Positions 46,774 to 58,000 of a stretch of DNA of 64,000 nt are shown here, in pieces. Source of the stretch: a virus. Every line of letters begins with the position of its first letter. The first letter of the stretch is position 1. Location: IMG/VR virus record IMGVR_UViG_3300020439_000003, positions 32,001 to 96,000 of that record; one strand, given 5' to 3'. A program made the translations under genes and the position numbers. The notes below the pieces were generated by a model. It ran no database searches. It saw only the letters and a program-made list of their open reading frames with translations, and was not told the origin of the DNA.

Positions 46774-49349
46774 TAGTTAAGCATTACAGGGAGACCGTAG
46801 ATCTGAGTAGGACCGAGACCCGAACCCAGAGCAGCAAGACCAGTACCGACGCCGTAGGAGACGAGACCAGTAGTACACTGGTTAATAATAGCACCTGATC
46901 CGCCCGTGACAATCTCGCCTATGCCACCTGTTGGAGTGGCTATCATGGTCATATGAGCACCAGGCGATCCACCAGTAACGATGTCTGCCATAGCACCAGG
47001 TTTGGTGTTGCCCACCGACATACGAATATGTGCAGGAGGAGTAACACCAGGGAATGGTGCGTCCATTGTCACGTCAACGATAGCACCTTTCACCAGACTG
47101 TACTGACCAGTCACCACACCAGGGATCATGGAGAAGATACCAATAACATCGAATCTACCACATGCAAGGAAACTGGTGATCCAGTTTGCTTCGTTGATGA
47201 TCTCACCACTTGCTTTGTTAGTGATGACGTTTGCCTGATTATTGATCTCAGGTGCATCAAGAGAGATAGCGTTAATACCTTTGATGTTAACACGAGCACC
47301 CTGGATAGTAATGTCACCCTGATAAGAAATATCGTGGTCACCTGCTTTGGTTTGTACAGACTTCGCTTCTTTCTCACCATGATCTACGTCAAAGTGACTA
47401 CCGCCACTCTTAGCAGTCATGAGATTGTTGAGAGTATCGCTTGCCTGATCCAACCACTTGTCACCACCCTTGAAGAATGATGAATCACTATTAGACTTTG
47501 CCTTAGCACCAGGACCGTTAGAGGTGTGCTCGTTCATAGAACCAGAAACTTCCAAGTGGAAGTCACCCATCACTTTCAGGTAGTAATCACCTTCAACAGT
47601 GTGAACGAGGTTGTTCTTGACGTTCTGCACAAGGTCGCGACCATAGATAGCAGTCTCGTTGTTAGGAACGTTGACGTGCTTATTGCCACGCTTATCTTCA
47701 AACGAAGTAACACCACCAGGACCAGAACGAACACGCTTCTCCTTGCCAGGAGTTGCATCATCAATATCTCTTGCACCATTCAAGAACATTTGAGTCTGTT
47801 GCAAGAACGGATTCATCTCCTGGAAGAAGGAATCAAAGATGTTACCACCTGTCGATCCACCAAAGTCACCAGCTCCACAGTCTGCGTAGTTACCGCCACC
47901 AGGACCAGCAAGTGCTTCACCAATATCGGTACATTCGGTGGTCCCCAATAATGGTAACCACCCTTTCGCTCGCGGTTTTCGACTCTTCCTTCCACACGAT
48001 ATGAACCCAGCAATAAAACCAATGATTGCAGAAATGATGTCAAGGATACTAGAAAAATTCAGTGAGGTAAAGTCTACCGAGAAGATACTACTAATACCAT
48101 CAGCAACTTTCTTCAAATCCTTGAAAGTATTGATTGCTTTCAACACAGTGTCAGCAATCTTATTGAACATTGCTAGTGCCTTACAGATCTTCTTCTGAAT
48201 ACCTGCCATTGCCTTCTCAACGAAGTCAAGCACACCAGCAATCATGTCATCGATCTTGTCCATGACATAATCAAATATACTCTGTAAGAATCCTCCTAGG
48301 TCTCCTACTATATTTGCGATTGCCGACAAGAAACCAGGAACAGGTTGGCAGAAAATATCTTGAATGATCTGCATGATGATGTCCATGATCTTCTTCACGA
48401 TGATCAGAGGGACAAAGTTAGAAACAACCTGCATGATCTTATCGATCAAGAGTTGCATCTTCTGTGCAAGGAATTCTTTCAGTGGTGCCAACATACCACT
48501 GATTGCATTAGTAATAAAGTTAGTAAGGTTACTCAGTTGGTTCAGGATTGCCTTACCCTGCATCACATGTCCAGTGATAGCAGATACCATATTGCCATCT
48601 TCATCCTTGGCAATAGAACCAACACCGATACCCAGATCAGTGAGCATACGCTTCAAGTCTTTCGTGAAACCTTCGTTAGCAGGTCCAGTCGTACCATCAG
48701 CGATACCACCTTCATTAGAAGGAACACCAATAGGGTTGGTGAACACGTTGAAGGGAGTCTCAACTTCTGCTCTACTTACAGCACCACGAGATGCCTCCTC
48801 ACCACCAGTAACACTACCAGGCGTTTGACCCTGTGCTTTCACAAAGGGGTTACCACCCATCGCAGGAGTATTGTTCAGACTCGTCTGTGAAGGAGTGTTG
48901 GTTTTGTTTTCGTTCGCCTTTGTAGGATCAGCGAACACAGTGCGTGCCATCTCATTAGGAGTGCCACGACCACCGTCCTTAGAACCCGTGTTCTCAGGGT
49001 TCTTCATAGTTCTGAATGAACCCAATACGCAAGGAAGTTGTGCCTCTTCACCATCAAGGAAGAAACCAAGCACCTGTGCGCCAGGTTGCAGTTCAGTTGT
49101 AGTGCCAGCGTTTTTGGTCTGGGGTTGGTCAGTTGGGAGAAGTACCGTTGCCCACGGCAGCATATCCGTAGGGAGTGTCTGCAAGTGAGATGATGATCCG
49201 TCTTCGGAGGTTTCTGATTGGGTATACCATCCAAGAATACGAACTTTAACCCTACCTAATTGAGCAGGGTCCATGTGGTCTTCAACTTCACCAATCCACC
49301 AGTGAAATCCATCTCTGCCAGCAAAGTCAGTTTTTGATCCTAGTGCCAT
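46773..49349 (-). CDS. gp5: Baseplate hub / central spike gp5
   Basis: WWIGEVEDHMDPAQLGRVKVRILG...LPWA...GFFLDGEEAQLP OB-fold; C-terminal beta-helix-like repeats; CTAAATA at 49381-49387. Confidence 0.9.
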   Translation of the reverse strand: MALGSKTDFAGRDGFHWWIGEVEDHMDPAQLGRVKVRILGWYTQSETSEDGSSSHLQTLPTDMLPWATVLLPTDQPQTKNAGTTTELQPGAQVLGFFLDGEEAQLPCVLGSFRTMKNPENTGSKDGGRGTPNEMARTVFADPTKANENKTNTPSQTSLNNTPAMGGNPFVKAQGQTPGSVTGGEEASRGAVSRAEVETPFNVFTNPIGVPSNEGGIADGTTGPANEGFTKDLKRMLTDLGIGVGSIAKDEDGNMVSAITGHVMQGKAILNQLSNLTNFITNAISGMLAPLKEFLAQKMQLLIDKIMQVVSNFVPLIIVKKIMDIIMQIIQDIFCQPVPGFLSAIANIVGDLGGFLQSIFDYVMDKIDDMIAGVLDFVEKAMAGIQKKICKALAMFNKIADTVLKAINTFKDLKKVADGISSIFSVDFTSLNFSSILDIISAIIGFIAGFISCGRKSRKPRAKGWLPLLGTTECTDIGEALAGPGGGNYADCGAGDFGGSTGGNIFDSFFQEMNPFLQQTQMFLNGARDIDDATPGKEKRVRSGPGGVTSFEDKRGNKHVNVPNNETAIYGRDLVQNVKNNLVHTVEGDYYLKVMGDFHLEVSGSMNEHTSNGPGAKAKSNSDSSFFKGGDKWLDQASDTLNNLMTAKSGGSHFDVDHGEKEAKSVQTKAGDHDISYQGDITIQGARVNIKGINAISLDAPEINNQANVITNKASGEIINEANWITSFLACGRFDVIGIFSMIPGVVTGQYSLVKGAIVDVTMDAPFPGVTPPAHIRMSVGNTKPGAMADIVTGGSPGAHMTMIATPTGGIGEIVTGGSGAIINQCTTGLVSYGVGTGLAALGSGLGPTQIYGLPVMLN

Positions 49350-49840
49350 TATGTTAGCGTAAAGTCTAGTTGCCTTCCATTATTTAGACGCTCAAACTGA
49401 AACAGACCTTCTTCTGGTTCTTTACCCCATTGGAACTTACCTGTCTCAATATCATATCCTGTATCACGAGAGCGATAAAAGACACCATTAAATTGGATCT
49501 CAGATACTACTCTCGTATTCCTCAGAATACATTCGTCTTGGACTTCTCCAAACCACCATCCATCAAAGTAACCCCATTGTAATGTGCAACCATCTGTACC
49601 AGTCTGTTGATTGACTGGATGTGTAATCACAGTATGGTCATCAAGATATTCACAGGTTATATGATAATGACGGTATGGATCATCCTCAGTTTGGTAATTA
49701 TACCATTGTTTTAATTCTAGCACATTATTGTCAATCTTGGTATACAAGACATTGATCTGTGGCCATTTACTAGGGTCTGTGAATGCTTGCTTTCTATTAC
49801 GCCAGTGCCCCAGGATCATCTTTTCATATAATGAGGTCAT
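49349..49840 (-). CDS. cpeT: CpeT/CpcT-family phycobiliprotein lyase
   Basis: GHWRNRKQAF..P..W...QWY....PYR...C...SRDTGYD...WG. Confidence 0.85.
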   Translation of the reverse strand: MTSLYEKMILGHWRNRKQAFTDPSKWPQINVLYTKIDNNVLELKQWYNYQTEDDPYRHYHITCEYLDDHTVITHPVNQQTGTDGCTLQWGYFDGWWFGEVQDECILRNTRVVSEIQFNGVFYRSRDTGYDIETGKFQWGKEPEEGLFQFERLNNGRQLDFTLT

Positions 49841-50429
49841 ACCATCCAGTCACAATAATCTTCTCTTCATTAGGTGCAGGCAGTCCCTTATGCATATGGG
49901 TCCAATCTGCTGGCCAGATCAATGTCAGACCTTTCTTTGGTTTTATCTTAGCACCCTGCACGTCAAAGAATGTCTCACCACCTTCTTTAATATCATTGAG
50001 ATAGGTCATCCATGCCATAACACGATTAGCACATTCAGGATTAGCAGAGTTCCTTTCACAATGCAAAGCAAAAAATCCCCCATTAGGAGGATACCATTGC
50101 ATATTGAAATCCTCTTGAAGATCCCAATGAATTGTACGCAACATAGGCCAATAGTTTACATATTCCCTAGTTACTTCTGCTAGTGCATCAATATAATCTG
50201 TGACCCTCTTATCTTTATGATAACGAGGAATGGTCATGTCAATAGAGTCCTTAATGGTCTTATCAACCCCACCAGCACCACCATTAGCACCACCGCAGTG
50301 TCCCTCTGTCTTTTCTAAGTAGTCACAAGAATGCCAGAAATCTATGAGTCCATCACAGATCTCTGGTTCGATTATGCCACCACCAATAAATGAGTTATGG
50401 GCATCAATATCAATGTATTCTCCAATCAT
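49824..50429 (-). CDS. 2OG-Fe(II) oxygenase (prolyl-hydroxylase-like)
   Basis: LHCE...MTYLNDIKEGGET...WPADWTHMHKG...K.IVTGW. Confidence 0.9.
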   Translation of the reverse strand: MIGEYIDIDAHNSFIGGGIIEPEICDGLIDFWHSCDYLEKTEGHCGGANGGAGGVDKTIKDSIDMTIPRYHKDKRVTDYIDALAEVTREYVNYWPMLRTIHWDLQEDFNMQWYPPNGGFFALHCERNSANPECANRVMAWMTYLNDIKEGGETFFDVQGAKIKPKKGLTLIWPADWTHMHKGLPAPNEEKIIVTGWYDLII

Positions 50430-50465
50430 AGCTAAGAGACTGCCCTTTCAACCCTGACAGTGTTG

Positions 50466-50494
50466 AGTATAATGATTTATGGGTATGTTGTCAA
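50466..50494 (-). promoter_or_regulatory. Sigma70-like promoter TTGACA-N17-TATACT
   Basis: -35 at 50489-50494, -10 at 50466-50471. Confidence 0.75.
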
Positions 50495-50495
50495 G

Positions 50496-50723
50496 TCAGT
50501 TGTCGTGTGTCTTACACTCGGGGGCACCTGGTTCTTGATCGCAGTAGAGTTCTAGTGCAGTGGGGTCGTGATGGTCTCCTGCTTCGATTTCTTTCTTATG
50601 GTGCTCAACATACTCTTCAAGATCATGCAGTTCGCCTTCAATGTGACGACGCATTTGAGGATTTGTGGTAGGATCTTCGAGGATCTTTTTGTCTTGTTCG
50701 ATGTGTTGTTCGATACTATCCAT
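50496..50723 (-). CDS. cp12: CP12 Calvin-cycle inhibitor
   Basis: C-terminal DPTALELYCDQEPGAPECKTHDN is the CP12 signature; GGAG RBS; AATAAATA at 50749-50756. Confidence 0.92.
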   Translation of the reverse strand: MDSIEQHIEQDKKILEDPTTNPQMRRHIEGELHDLEEYVEHHKKEIEAGDHHDPTALELYCDQEPGAPECKTHDN

Positions 50724-50747
50724 GGTTTCTACCTCGGAGGTATAAAG

Positions 50748-52367
50748 TTATTTATTCTTGGAAACAGGCAAACTGTCTCTACATAAGAACAACTGAGTAG
50801 TAATACCTGTTTTCTTATATGTATGGATCAGTCCTTTGATTACATACTTACCAGAATAAATTCTGTCTTTCTGAACCTTTCTGTTACCTTTTTGATTGGA
50901 CGATGGTAGGTCCACCTTGATTATAGCGCCCGCATACAAACTTGTATTACCTGGTACACTGATTGTCAGCGTATGAGTATTAAGTAATGACCATCTAGCA
51001 GCAGAGTATGCTGAACAGATCACTGTATTATCGGATTGATCGCTCGCACCACCATCATTCGCTGATGCTGTCTGGTGAGCATTCTTAGGTAAGATCTTAA
51101 ATTTAGATCTGGTAGGTGCTTTCTCGGTATACTTCTCAACTAATTCTTTGTCGTAGGGGAATCCTTTCTCGACAGTTGATGCAGTCTCAAATAGTGAAAA
51201 GATGTTTGTAATATATGGTCCACCAGCAGTTCCACCTGGTTTACCCATCTTCTCCTGGGTGGCAATTTGTTGATCAGTAAGTTTCTTCTTACTACCTTCT
51301 TTACCCTTGTCCCATTTGAAACTCTGGGCATTACCAGCAGTAAAGAATCTATTCTCCTGCTTCTCTTCCTTGGCGTAGAGATCAGCTAATTGACTAGATG
51401 TTAATTGATTCAGTTTAGTATTAGAATCAAATGCTTGAAACTGATTATTGTTGTTTTGAAAATACTTGTCAAAGGTAAGTGAAGAGGATCCACCTGCTTG
51501 TGGTGCAAAACTGTCAGTAATCTGTGGGAATGAAATACCATAGGTTACAGTCTTGTATACACCTAGTCTTAGTTTTTCCAGTTGGTTTGTTCTTTCAGGG
51601 TATTGAACTGACTCAATCTTGTATGCATCTAGTGCTGGATTATTTTCATTGACGTTTGACTGACCATAGACATATTCACAGAGTGGTTTCTGTTCACACA
51701 AATAGTCCATGGAGAGAAAGTTGAATCCATTCTTATTTTCATAGAATAAGAATCCAGACTGTCTCTTGCCTGCCTTTTTGTCACCTTTATTCGCTTTGCG
51801 TTTCTTGTTGTTACCACCCTTGGTTCTAGCAACCTTGTCAGAAATATATGAGATCAGGTCAACAGGACGCCAATTAGGTGATACACAGTTAGCGTTACTA
51901 TATGGTTCGATATTTACTTTATCCTTAGGTACATCTAACTTCTTCAATAACATACGCTCTACGATGTCTGTACGACCCGCCATGGGTCCAAAGGCACCAA
52001 ATGCTCTGTTAGACTCGTTTGCATATATTTCTGGTGATGCACAGTGCAAGATATACATTTTAGTACGTTCTTGCTTCACCACACTACCAATTTGATATAC
52101 ACGCAATTTGTGTTTGATGCTCTTAAATTTGCCGTTGTTGATTGCGCCCGCAGCATCTGTTTCAAACTGAATATGAACCTCCTCAGATCCTCTGAGGTTA
52201 TCATCAAAGTTCACTGAGTCTAGAATAGCAATATCACACCTAATAAAAGGTGAGTCAATCGACTCCATCCAGTTGAATTCACCAACCATATCGATGATGT
52301 CAGCTTTCTCACCATCATCGAATACGATGTCAACTTTTTGTAACTTGTATGACTTGGTATAACTCAT
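50748..52367 (-). CDS. Baseplate hub-like structural protein (possible gp27 equivalent)
   Basis: ESIDSPFI...FLFYEN..GFNF...VPGN..L.AG..I...SGKYVI..L.H hub-like pattern; lies between the tape-measure-like genes and gp5. Confidence 0.6.
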   Translation of the reverse strand: MSYTKSYKLQKVDIVFDDGEKADIIDMVGEFNWMESIDSPFIRCDIAILDSVNFDDNLRGSEEVHIQFETDAAGAINNGKFKSIKHKLRVYQIGSVVKQERTKMYILHCASPEIYANESNRAFGAFGPMAGRTDIVERMLLKKLDVPKDKVNIEPYSNANCVSPNWRPVDLISYISDKVARTKGGNNKKRKANKGDKKAGKRQSGFLFYENKNGFNFLSMDYLCEQKPLCEYVYGQSNVNENNPALDAYKIESVQYPERTNQLEKLRLGVYKTVTYGISFPQITDSFAPQAGGSSSLTFDKYFQNNNNQFQAFDSNTKLNQLTSSQLADLYAKEEKQENRFFTAGNAQSFKWDKGKEGSKKKLTDQQIATQEKMGKPGGTAGGPYITNIFSLFETASTVEKGFPYDKELVEKYTEKAPTRSKFKILPKNAHQTASANDGGASDQSDNTVICSAYSAARWSLLNTHTLTISVPGNTSLYAGAIIKVDLPSSNQKGNRKVQKDRIYSGKYVIKGLIHTYKKTGITTQLFLCRDSLPVSKNK

Positions 52368-55054
52368 GTCAGTGATTTAGGTGGAGTAGAGATGTCAGAT
52401 AACCAACCCATGCGTGGCATTAAGAAGTCAGAAGCAGGATTCTTATATCCACCACTATTGCCAGCAACTACTGGTGGGGGTGGTTCTACTGGTGGGGGTG
52501 GTTGATCTGGAAGTTGCTGAGTAGAGACTTGTGTTCCATTCTGCCTCTCTGCTTGTGCTTCTTTCTTTGCCAATGCTGCATCACTGATCTTGGTGCCCTT
52601 ACCATCATTGTTAATATCATCAATATAACTTTGCATCAATTCCTTACCACCCAAGTTGTTGAAGATCGACATTGGATCAATCTTCTTAGGTCCTTGGGCA
52701 ACCTCTGGATCTGCCTGAGTGCCCGCAGGTGAATCGCTACCCTGACCAGGAGTCTGGGCAGAGGCAAGGTTGAGGTTGGGATCATCACTGACCATTGCAG
52801 CGCCACCACGAGCACCGTTAAGTGCTGCTTTGACTTCCGCTACGCTATGTAGCGCCTTATTGCCGTTGCCATATACACTTTCACCAGTAGCGGGATCAGG
52901 CAGTGATGCCCACTCTCTTGCCAGTTCCAGCAATGCACCATTTTCATCATTATGCTGCTTCTGGATATACTGCCACGCATATGGTCTCTTGTATTTAATA
53001 AGACCAACACCTAATTTATCTTGAAGACTCTTATCATACTTTGCTTCCTTATCAATGTTCATCTCCTTCACAATATATTTCATTGTGTCGGGAATAATCT
53101 GATAACGACCAGCAGCAAACAACTTACCAGATGACTGCTGAGACATAACCTCACCGACTGTCATGTCAGTTAGGTTCTTACCTAGAATCTCAGATGCATT
53201 GTGAGTGCTACCGACAATGCGACCACCACGAGTACCTTGGTTCATAGAGTTATATCCACCCTCACCAGATGCAATGAAGTCCAGCAGACCACCTGCTGCC
53301 ATTCTCTTCTTATTACACCAAGTGCATCCTTTAACGAATCCACCTTTTGCTTTATTTGCTGCCTCGCCCATGTCAGAGATATATGATCCCATGAGATCAG
53401 CACCACCCATGTTCTGGAATACCTTGGCGATGTCAATCTTTTGAGGACCAGTTGCAGCGTTCTTACTGCCCTTGGAAGTACCCGAACCCATAGGTTCTTT
53501 GGTTACGTGGACCTTATCTTGTCCACCCCTCTTCAAAACTTGTGACTTGGACGCAACTTCGCGTGCCATGTCCTCAATACTTCTCTGACTCTCTGGTTTC
53601 TTCCAGTAGTCAGGGTTACCACCAAGCATGTTGACAGACATGCCAACACCTTTCTTAGCAAGACCAAACAGGACAGGATCCATCGTCTTGTTAAGACCCA
53701 GAAGGTTCTTAGCACCATCAATCATACCACCCAGGAACATCTGGGGGATTTCGCCACCCTTAGAGAATGGCATAGGAAGACCAAACCCAGAGCGAGATGC
53801 TTCCGCTAGTCTTGTATTAGTAAGACCAGGATTACCTCTGGTTGCAGGAGTGTCGAATGGAACAACGAATGCTTTACCTAGACCGCCACCATCTGCCTTT
53901 GTTGCAACGTATTCTGTGCCATGACCAATAAATGCAGTAGATCTACCACCATCCAGTGATACAGGATACCCAGACTGAGGTCCATGGATCCAACCACCAG
54001 CAGCGAACTGTGGTAGAGGACCACCACGAGCGAATCCAAGCATCTCTGCACTGATGGGAGCACCAGTCATGCCACCAGATTCTCTGATCTCGTCTGCCTG
54101 AGACTTGTTGGGATCGTCTGGATCCTCTATGACTGCTGTACCATCCTGATTGGCGTTGACTGCTGCAACAGCAGTACCAACAACAATAGCGCCAGCACCA
54201 AGGGCGAGCATACCACCAAGACCCATGCCCTTGACAAATGCTATGAGTCCTTTGACCATGCCACCGATCCCTCGGAAGAGACCCATAAGCATCTTCTTCA
54301 ATCCACCGCCCTTCACCAACTTCATGATGGCACCGCCAGCGGCGAGACCAAACTTAGCGAGGGCAACAGGGGCAAAGATTGCCCCTAATACAGTGATAAA
54401 TTTAAGTAGACCAAATATCCCCTTGAAACTTAACGGGTTCTCTAAGAACTCTACCAGTCCGTCAAGACCAAAGGTCACTAAGAAGTCGGCGATCTTCACG
54501 AACGCCTCAAACATACTCCTAAGAGCCTTGAATATCTTCTTTAACTTACCTTGATTCTCTGGTTTCGACATCCAGTCGAGAACCGTATAGATGAGCAGAG
54601 ACTTGAAGATCTGCTTTATAAGACCAGCAATGCCTTCAAAGAATCCTACTGACTTCTTGGCAGCACCAATAGTTTGCTTATCTTCCTCTTTGTTAGTCTT
54701 TTTCTCTTGAACCTTCTCAGATGCTCTATCTTTAACTAAACCTGCTTGTCTGATAGCAGCACGCTTAGCATCTTTAATCCTTTTCTTTTCATCCTTAATA
54801 TAGTCTTCACGCTGCTTCATCATGGACTCACGGAGTTCCATGTTCTTGAAGGTATATTGAGCGAAGGAATCCTTCATCTCCTCCACCATAATCGCGATGG
54901 AGTTTACAGACGCACCAAGACTGTTGGTAGCAGCAATACTCTTTGCATACCCAGCAGCGGGTTGAGTAACAATCTTATCTCCTACCTTGACCGTGATACC
55001 GCCACCCTTAAACTTGGGTGGAGTGATCATTTTATATAGTCTTGCCTGTGCCAT
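52364..55054 (-). CDS. Tape-measure/ejection-like protein with a lysozyme-like domain
   Basis: Charged coiled-coil N-terminus, hydrophobic Gly-rich helices, and LLDFIASGEGGYN...AAGRYQII...LAREWASLP. Confidence 0.7.
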   Translation of the reverse strand: MAQARLYKMITPPKFKGGGITVKVGDKIVTQPAAGYAKSIAATNSLGASVNSIAIMVEEMKDSFAQYTFKNMELRESMMKQREDYIKDEKKRIKDAKRAAIRQAGLVKDRASEKVQEKKTNKEEDKQTIGAAKKSVGFFEGIAGLIKQIFKSLLIYTVLDWMSKPENQGKLKKIFKALRSMFEAFVKIADFLVTFGLDGLVEFLENPLSFKGIFGLLKFITVLGAIFAPVALAKFGLAAGGAIMKLVKGGGLKKMLMGLFRGIGGMVKGLIAFVKGMGLGGMLALGAGAIVVGTAVAAVNANQDGTAVIEDPDDPNKSQADEIRESGGMTGAPISAEMLGFARGGPLPQFAAGGWIHGPQSGYPVSLDGGRSTAFIGHGTEYVATKADGGGLGKAFVVPFDTPATRGNPGLTNTRLAEASRSGFGLPMPFSKGGEIPQMFLGGMIDGAKNLLGLNKTMDPVLFGLAKKGVGMSVNMLGGNPDYWKKPESQRSIEDMAREVASKSQVLKRGGQDKVHVTKEPMGSGTSKGSKNAATGPQKIDIAKVFQNMGGADLMGSYISDMGEAANKAKGGFVKGCTWCNKKRMAAGGLLDFIASGEGGYNSMNQGTRGGRIVGSTHNASEILGKNLTDMTVGEVMSQQSSGKLFAAGRYQIIPDTMKYIVKEMNIDKEAKYDKSLQDKLGVGLIKYKRPYAWQYIQKQHNDENGALLELAREWASLPDPATGESVYGNGNKALHSVAEVKAALNGARGGAAMVSDDPNLNLASAQTPGQGSDSPAGTQADPEVAQGPKKIDPMSIFNNLGGKELMQSYIDDINNDGKGTKISDAALAKKEAQAERQNGTQVSTQQLPDQPPPPVEPPPPVVAGNSGGYKNPASDFLMPRMGWLSDISTPPKSLT

Positions 55055-58000
55055 TAGTTACCCGTGAGGAGTGGTGTCATCCCAGAACCTGGGGTTATGA
55101 TCTGAGGTGCTGGTGGTGTTGCACCAAACACTTTCTTAGTAAGGATCATGACGTTGTTGCTTCCACCTTGCAAGTCTTCTTCACGTTGCTGAGAGTTCTC
55201 AGACTGTGTTTTCAATAGTTGACTCTTTCTATTTAGTTCGTCTTGTTCCTGTTTTATCTGTGCTGCACCTGATCCACCACCACCAGACACACTACTACCA
55301 CTGGAACGTGCCTCATCATCCCTAATGTCTTGAATATAACTCTTCATCAAGTCAGCACCACCGAGACCCTTGAAGACCTCCATAATGTCAATCTTCTTGG
55401 GTTTTGGAGGTTCAGTCTGCTGAGGAGTACCATCAGCGTTCAATCTATCACCAGTGTTGTTTGTCGAACCACCTGGTGTATCGGAATCGGATCCTGCGTT
55501 TACATTATTAGTAGTACCATCATATCCAGACTTGTTGCCACCTGGATGTGTTAGAGCAACAATACCTCTGGTTCCTGCACCATACACAGCACCAACACCA
55601 TTAACTCTTGCCTGCCAGTGTCCACTCCAAAGTTTCTGTCCACCTTCCTTAGCGATAGCAGAGTCATTACCACTACTGCTAGCAGCATTGTTCCAGTCAC
55701 TATGTCTGGTTGAGAAAATCAAAGCACCAGAAGGGATCTGCTTATCCTTAACTGCCTTTGTCCATGTAGGAAGATCCATCACATTGACATTTACATTACC
55801 ATAAGGTGATGTGATTCTCTTAGAAGATCCTAAACCCTCAATGGATGCATACCCATGCTCACCTACTGCCTGAGCCATCAAACCCCTAGGGTTGTTGGGG
55901 TCATTACCAGTGGCAACATGAGGAGCACCAATAGATGCCTTATTTCTTTCAGCGGTCAAGATAACACCAGTGGTACACATACCAGCGGCGGCATTTACCA
56001 ATGCTGTGCCATCACCGAGTTTTGCAAGTTCTCCACCAGCAGCCCGCGATGGCATGAACTGTTCTAATCTCTTTATCTCCCTCTTCCTCATGCCAGGGTG
56101 CTTAGATCGTCCCTTAGGATCATATTCACCACCACCATCAAAGTAGAGGAGTCCTCCTCTTGCCTTCTCTTCTTCTTTCTCACCGAATCCCAACAGATTC
56201 ATCAGTTTACCGATGAGTTCACCAAGACCAGGTAACTTAGATAGCTGACTATCTAATTGACTCTTCAATCCACCAAGACCTAGGGTGTTGATGAGTGCAT
56301 CTTCACCTTCTGCTAATGCTGGGATGAAATCTCTGGCAAACAGGTATCCATCAAGGAACATCGATGCCACGTTAGTAGCACCAGCAGTTGCAAGACCAGC
56401 AATATCCAGAACACCTGAGATAGATTCCAGCAGACCACCAACGCTATCACCAGCAGCAAAGCGATCGTATGCAAATGCTAGGTTAACAACACCACCAATG
56501 ACAGGAAGAACAGCGGCAGCTCTCTTACCTAATTTACTACCAGCAGTGGCAACATTAGTAATACCTTTCTCGGAGAACAGTTTACCTACCTTGTCATAAC
56601 CAGGGATCTTCTGCAATCCCTCCATCAACTTTGCACCAACCTTGTTCGCTTGCTCTATGATTGGCTCAACGAACGGTTTGACTTTGGCGACAATCTCTTC
56701 CATGAAGAACTTCTTCGCCTTAGTGCCTAGACCATCGACAGTTTCAACTGCAAAGTTCTTGATACCAGTACCAAACTTTTGGGCAGTAGCAGTGGTTGCT
56801 TCCCAGGCACTCTTCATGCCCTTGTTAGCCCAATTACCAAACTTTATTGCCTTATCGCCAATAAAATCAACACCTGCCTTAGCACCAGTCTTCAATCCCT
56901 CAACAGTATTGCTACCTGCTTTTTGAAGTTTCTGCCACCAGTTTAGTTTCTTGGGTGCTTTCTTGGTAACGTCAGTTGCTGCCTCTCCAAGGTCTACTGC
57001 TGTATTAGTTGCCTTTGCAGCGTCACCAACAGCATCTGCGTTCTTGGCAACGTTATCTACGACATTCTTAGGTGTGTTGTCAGGTAGAAGATCCAGTGGG
57101 TTAGGGCACATACCCATGAGACCACCCAACATCCTCCTCTTTCTACCGCGAGGACGAGGTTTCTTTCCAAACTTTCTGTTAGCAGCATCCTTACCGAAAC
57201 GTCTTTCGTATCTTTCCCTGGATCCTGCTCTACGCTTACGACCATCAACATCAACATCAGGACCACCCCTACGACCATCGCGGTCTGGTCGCATTCTTTG
57301 TTGATCTGCGCTAGAAACTGCCTTACCAAGTCCACGCATGAACTTGACATCACCAATGAGTTTCCAAGGCATCAAGACCCTAGAAGCAGCCCAAAGTGCA
57401 GCAAGACCCCCTACAAGTTGTAGGACGCCAAACATCTGTTCAAATATCCTAGCAACACCAGTTTTATCAGACTCTCCAAAGATATTTGTGATACCCTTCA
57501 TCACATTGTCGATACCCCACCCTGCTAGGGCACGACTAAACTTCCATACAGCAGAAAGAAATCCGAAGAGTTTCTTTAATGCTTCTCGATTCTCTTCTTT
57601 ACTGACCCATTCCAGCAACTTCATTCCCAGAAGTGGTGCCAGAACCTTCATCAGCATAGCGCCGAGAGAGTTCAGGGGTGATAGCAGGTTCTTTAAGAAC
57701 CCAAACTTACCCTTCTGTTTCTTTGCTAGTTTTTCTCCCTCTTTCTTCTTTTCAGCAGGTGCTTTCTGCTTCTCTTGTAACGCCTCTGATGCCTTATCCT
57801 TCTCTCTTCCTTTCTTTCTACCTAAAAGATCTTCCTGTGCCTCGATGACAGAGACTTTATGCTTGTGCTCTTTCTCATCAAGTTCTTTCTCGCGCTGTAA
57901 AGCATCCAGTTCAAACCCAGTATGAACTTCTGCAATCTCTTTGAAATCTTGTACAGCAGATCCCAAATAAGAAACAGCACCACCCAACCTATTCTTTGCA

